From the IMG/VR virus record IMGVR_UViG_2563367003_000003: a stretch of 8,520 nt of DNA. One strand, 5' to 3'. The translations under genes and the position numbers were made by a program. The notes beneath the pieces were generated by a model. That model ran no database searches. It worked only from the letters and a program-made list of their open reading frames with translations, and was not told the DNA's origin. This stretch comes from a virus (taxonomy: Duplodnaviria; Heunggongvirae; Uroviricota; Caudoviricetes). Shown here one piece after another: positions 7,121-8,520 of the stretch (positions are counted from its first letter, which is position 1; every line of letters begins with the position of its first letter).

Positions 7121-7440
7121 GGGGGGGGATGCGCAAAGCGGTTACAACGGTTACAAATTTAAAATCACTTATTTTTGCATTATATATCAATACATTATAA
7201 CTGGTCGGATGAGTTACAAAAGCGGTTACAACGCGGTTACATGTAACCGTTTTGTTAGGTTACAGGCGGTTACAGGTTAAGTTTTTAATTGATTGATAAT
7301 AAAGTGCTTTTTGAAACCTGTAACCGTTGTAACCGCAGTGTAACCGCAAAGCGGTTACAAACAATATCCATTAAAATCATGCTGTTAAGTGGTGTTTTTG
7401 ACTGTTGTAACCGTTGTAACCGCTTTGCGCACCCCCCACC
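7121..7440. repeat. Iteron array of GGTTACA/TGTAACC heptamers around an AT-rich core, bounded by 36-bp near-perfect inverted repeats; candidate replication origin and/or att arm-site region
   Basis: Forward GGTTACA at 7140, 7149, 7224, 7235, 7258, 7268, 7353 (plus partial GTTACA at 7213); reverse TGTAACC at 7242, 7319, 7328, 7339, 7406, 7415. Left repeat 7121-7156 (GGGGGGGGATGCGCAAAGCGGTTACAACGGTTACAA) matches the reverse complement of 7405-7440 at 34 of 36 positions, with the inner 26 perfect. Internal palindromes GGTTACATGTAACC (7235-7248) and TGTAACCGCAAAGCGGTTACA (7339-7359). AT-rich segments at 7157-7210 and 7275-7318. Confidence 0.8.
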
Positions 7441-7663
7441 GGATTATGAGGCAGAGCCCCAAAACAACTGGCCTGACCTCTAACAAAAATGCAACATCAA
7501 TCATTGATTTTTTGGAGCTGTCAGTCACGGGGAGTTGCCCTGTTGTCTGGCAGAAAAATGAAGTATGTACATGCGCGGCGGGGATGGTAAAAAACGTAAT
7601 ACACGCGGCGCAGTTGCCATAAAAAATCTCTCAAAAGCACTCTTTTTGACGCTATTGTTCATC

Positions 7664-7690
7664 TGCACAAAAGTGCACAAATTTGCACAA
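7664..7690. promoter_or_regulatory. Three helically phased direct repeats of TGCACAA (10-bp spacing); candidate regulator-binding array
   Basis: TGCACAA at 7664-7670, 7674-7680 and 7684-7690; a fourth copy at 7756-7762. TTGACG (7646-7651) sits upstream and TAGAGT (7696-7701) downstream. Lies in a non-coding region upstream of the ogr-like gene. Confidence 0.4.
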
Positions 7691-8013
7691 TTTTTTAGAG
7701 TAACTTTTTGCCCATCCGGCCCAGTACTGGCGCGCCCGGAGGGCGATTTCGTGCGTGCACAAAAAACGGTGAGTTTTTCGCGCGCAGGTGACGGGGGAAC
7801 AGCACGCGTTTCAGGGGGTAAATTACATTTTCGCTAAAGGCTGCGGGAATGCCCCGACCGGGTTAGTTTTATCGCCAGCCAGAGCCGTTCTTACGGCAAG
7901 AGAGAACTGATACGGGGAATGTGACGAGTGAGCATGGGAACGGCGCGCCCGTGCGTAATACGCGGCGACTGCTGCGGGTTTATTTGATACAGCCAGAGGG
8001 GGGCGGCAGAAGA

Positions 8014-8053
8014 TATAATAGGTTAAATTTCACACCAGTAAGAGGAGCGTGAT
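8014..8053 (+). promoter_or_regulatory. Promoter -10 element and RBS of the ogr-like gene
   Basis: Perfect TATAAT at 8014-8019. No good -35 at 17 +/- 1 bp (TTGATA at 7984-7989 is too far), which would fit an activator-dependent or extended promoter. SD AGGAG (8043-8047) 6 nt before the ATG at 8054. Confidence 0.4.
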
Positions 8054-8236
8054 ATGTCTTTCCCTTGCCCGGCCTGTGGCGCTTCAGCCCGCACCCGTGG
8101 TCGTTCGTTGGAAGAACACGAACAAAACATCTACAGAACGTATTACCAGTGCAATAATATTGAGTGTGGGGCTTGTTTTTGTACGCTTGAGTCGTTTGTA
8201 CGCATTACTAAGCGCAGGAAGTCGAAAACTTCATAG
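8054..8236 (+). CDS. ogr: Ogr/Delta-family zinc-finger late-gene transcriptional activator, 60 aa
   Basis: C-x2-C ... C-x4-C arrangement (FPCPACGASARTRG...YYQCNNIECGACF...ESFVR) aligns with the P2 Ogr / P4 Delta zinc-finger pattern as I recall it. Good SD and -10. The overlapping track ORF 8049-8381 in another frame is rejected. Confidence 0.8.
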   Translation: MSFPCPACGASARTRGRSLEEHEQNIYRTYYQCNNIECGACFCTLESFVRITKRRKSKTS

Positions 8237-8250
8237 TGATTTGTATAACA

Positions 8251-8273
8251 CAGCCAGCGAGTGTGACCGGCTG
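8251..8273. terminator. Possible bidirectional terminator between the convergent ogr-like and minus-strand genes
   Basis: CAGCCAG (8251-8257) pairs with CCGGCTG (8267-8273) with one mismatch. Flanked by A/T-rich sequence on both sides (TTGTATAACA upstream, CGTTATTTCTGTATT downstream). Imperfect stem, so low confidence. Confidence 0.3.
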
Positions 8274-8286
8274 CGTTATTTCTGTA

Positions 8287-8520
8287 TTACGTCGTGTGGT
8301 TCTGGTCATTTGCCCAGGCCCACACATCCCCCGCTACATTGCGCCCGTTGCAGTCTTCTTCCTGCGTTTCCCCGGCCTTAATTCCCTGACTGATAAACAT
8401 TCTGACGCACTGGGAGTAGTTCATCTCTCTGTCCTGACATATCTGATTTATTTTATGGTCGATTTCGTGCGGGATACGAATACAGCGTAATACGCATCGC
8501 ATTTTCTTTTGTTTTTTCAT
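8287..8520 (-). CDS. Hypothetical protein, possibly a ribbon-helix-helix-like DNA-binding protein; 5' end at the window edge and possibly truncated
   Basis: Minus-strand ORF with stop at 8287-8289 and an ATG exactly at 8518-8520, so it may extend beyond the window. Segment RIPHEIDHKINQICQDREMNYSQCVRMFISQGI has a strand-helix-helix pattern reminiscent of CopG/Arc-type regulators; this is a structural guess, not a motif match. Convergent with the ogr-like gene. Confidence 0.4.
   Translation of the reverse strand: MKKQKKMRCVLRCIRIPHEIDHKINQICQDREMNYSQCVRMFISQGIKAGETQEEDCNGRNVAGDVWAWANDQNHTT

Noticed and set aside
7121-7440. CRISPR array as an explanation for the GGTTACA repeats
   Set aside because: The repeats are only 7 bp, occur in both orientations with irregular spacing, and no cas genes are present. 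This does not fit CRISPR repeat-spacer architecture.
7289-7837. + strand ORFs 7289-7483, 7389-7622 and 7565-7837
   Set aside because: The first two are read through the GGTTACA iterons, giving the repeated CNRCNR peptide. The third spans the TGCACAA repeats with a low-complexity translation and a weak RBS. They are treated as non-coding regulatory DNA.
6873-8053. tRNA or tmRNA gene as integration target next to int
   Set aside because: No T-loop-like motif (GGTTCGAATCC-type or its reverse complement) or cloverleaf-compatible segment was seen by eye. This needs tRNAscan-SE or ARAGORN to confirm.
8049-8490. + strand ORFs 8049-8381 (110 aa) and 8236-8490 (84 aa)
   Set aside because: The first is an alternative frame over the motif-supported ogr-like gene. 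The second is antisense to the minus-strand ORF and has no RBS.

Overview
This 8.5-kb window reads as a compact mobile-element module of the P4-satellite / P2-phage type, most likely from an enterobacterial genome; all calls are from reading the sequence and ORF track, with no database search. Almost everything is on the + strand. From left to right: an AT-rich 350-aa ORF of unknown function (1-1053); an AlpA/Vis-family regulator (1149-1469); a ~550-bp leader with a promoter-like site and operator-like palindrome; a translationally coupled operon of four small genes (2018-2772), the first Icd/Ash-like; an AT-rich 101-aa ORF bracketed by hairpins (2841-3146); a large P4-alpha-like primase/helicase (3190-5865); a P2-family tyrosine integrase whose ATG overlaps the primase stop (5862-6872); an intrinsic terminator; a ~320-bp array of GGTTACA heptamers bounded by 36-bp inverted repeats (7121-7440); a ~600-bp GC-rich non-coding stretch with phased TGCACAA repeats; an Ogr/Delta-type zinc-finger activator (8054-8236); and a convergent minus-strand ORF cut by the window edge. 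No tRNA, rRNA or CRISPR array was recognised. The strongest candidates for something undescribed are the two AT-rich cargo-like ORFs and the inverted-repeat-bounded iteron array. Family assignments rest on remembered motifs and should be confirmed by HMM or BLAST searches.
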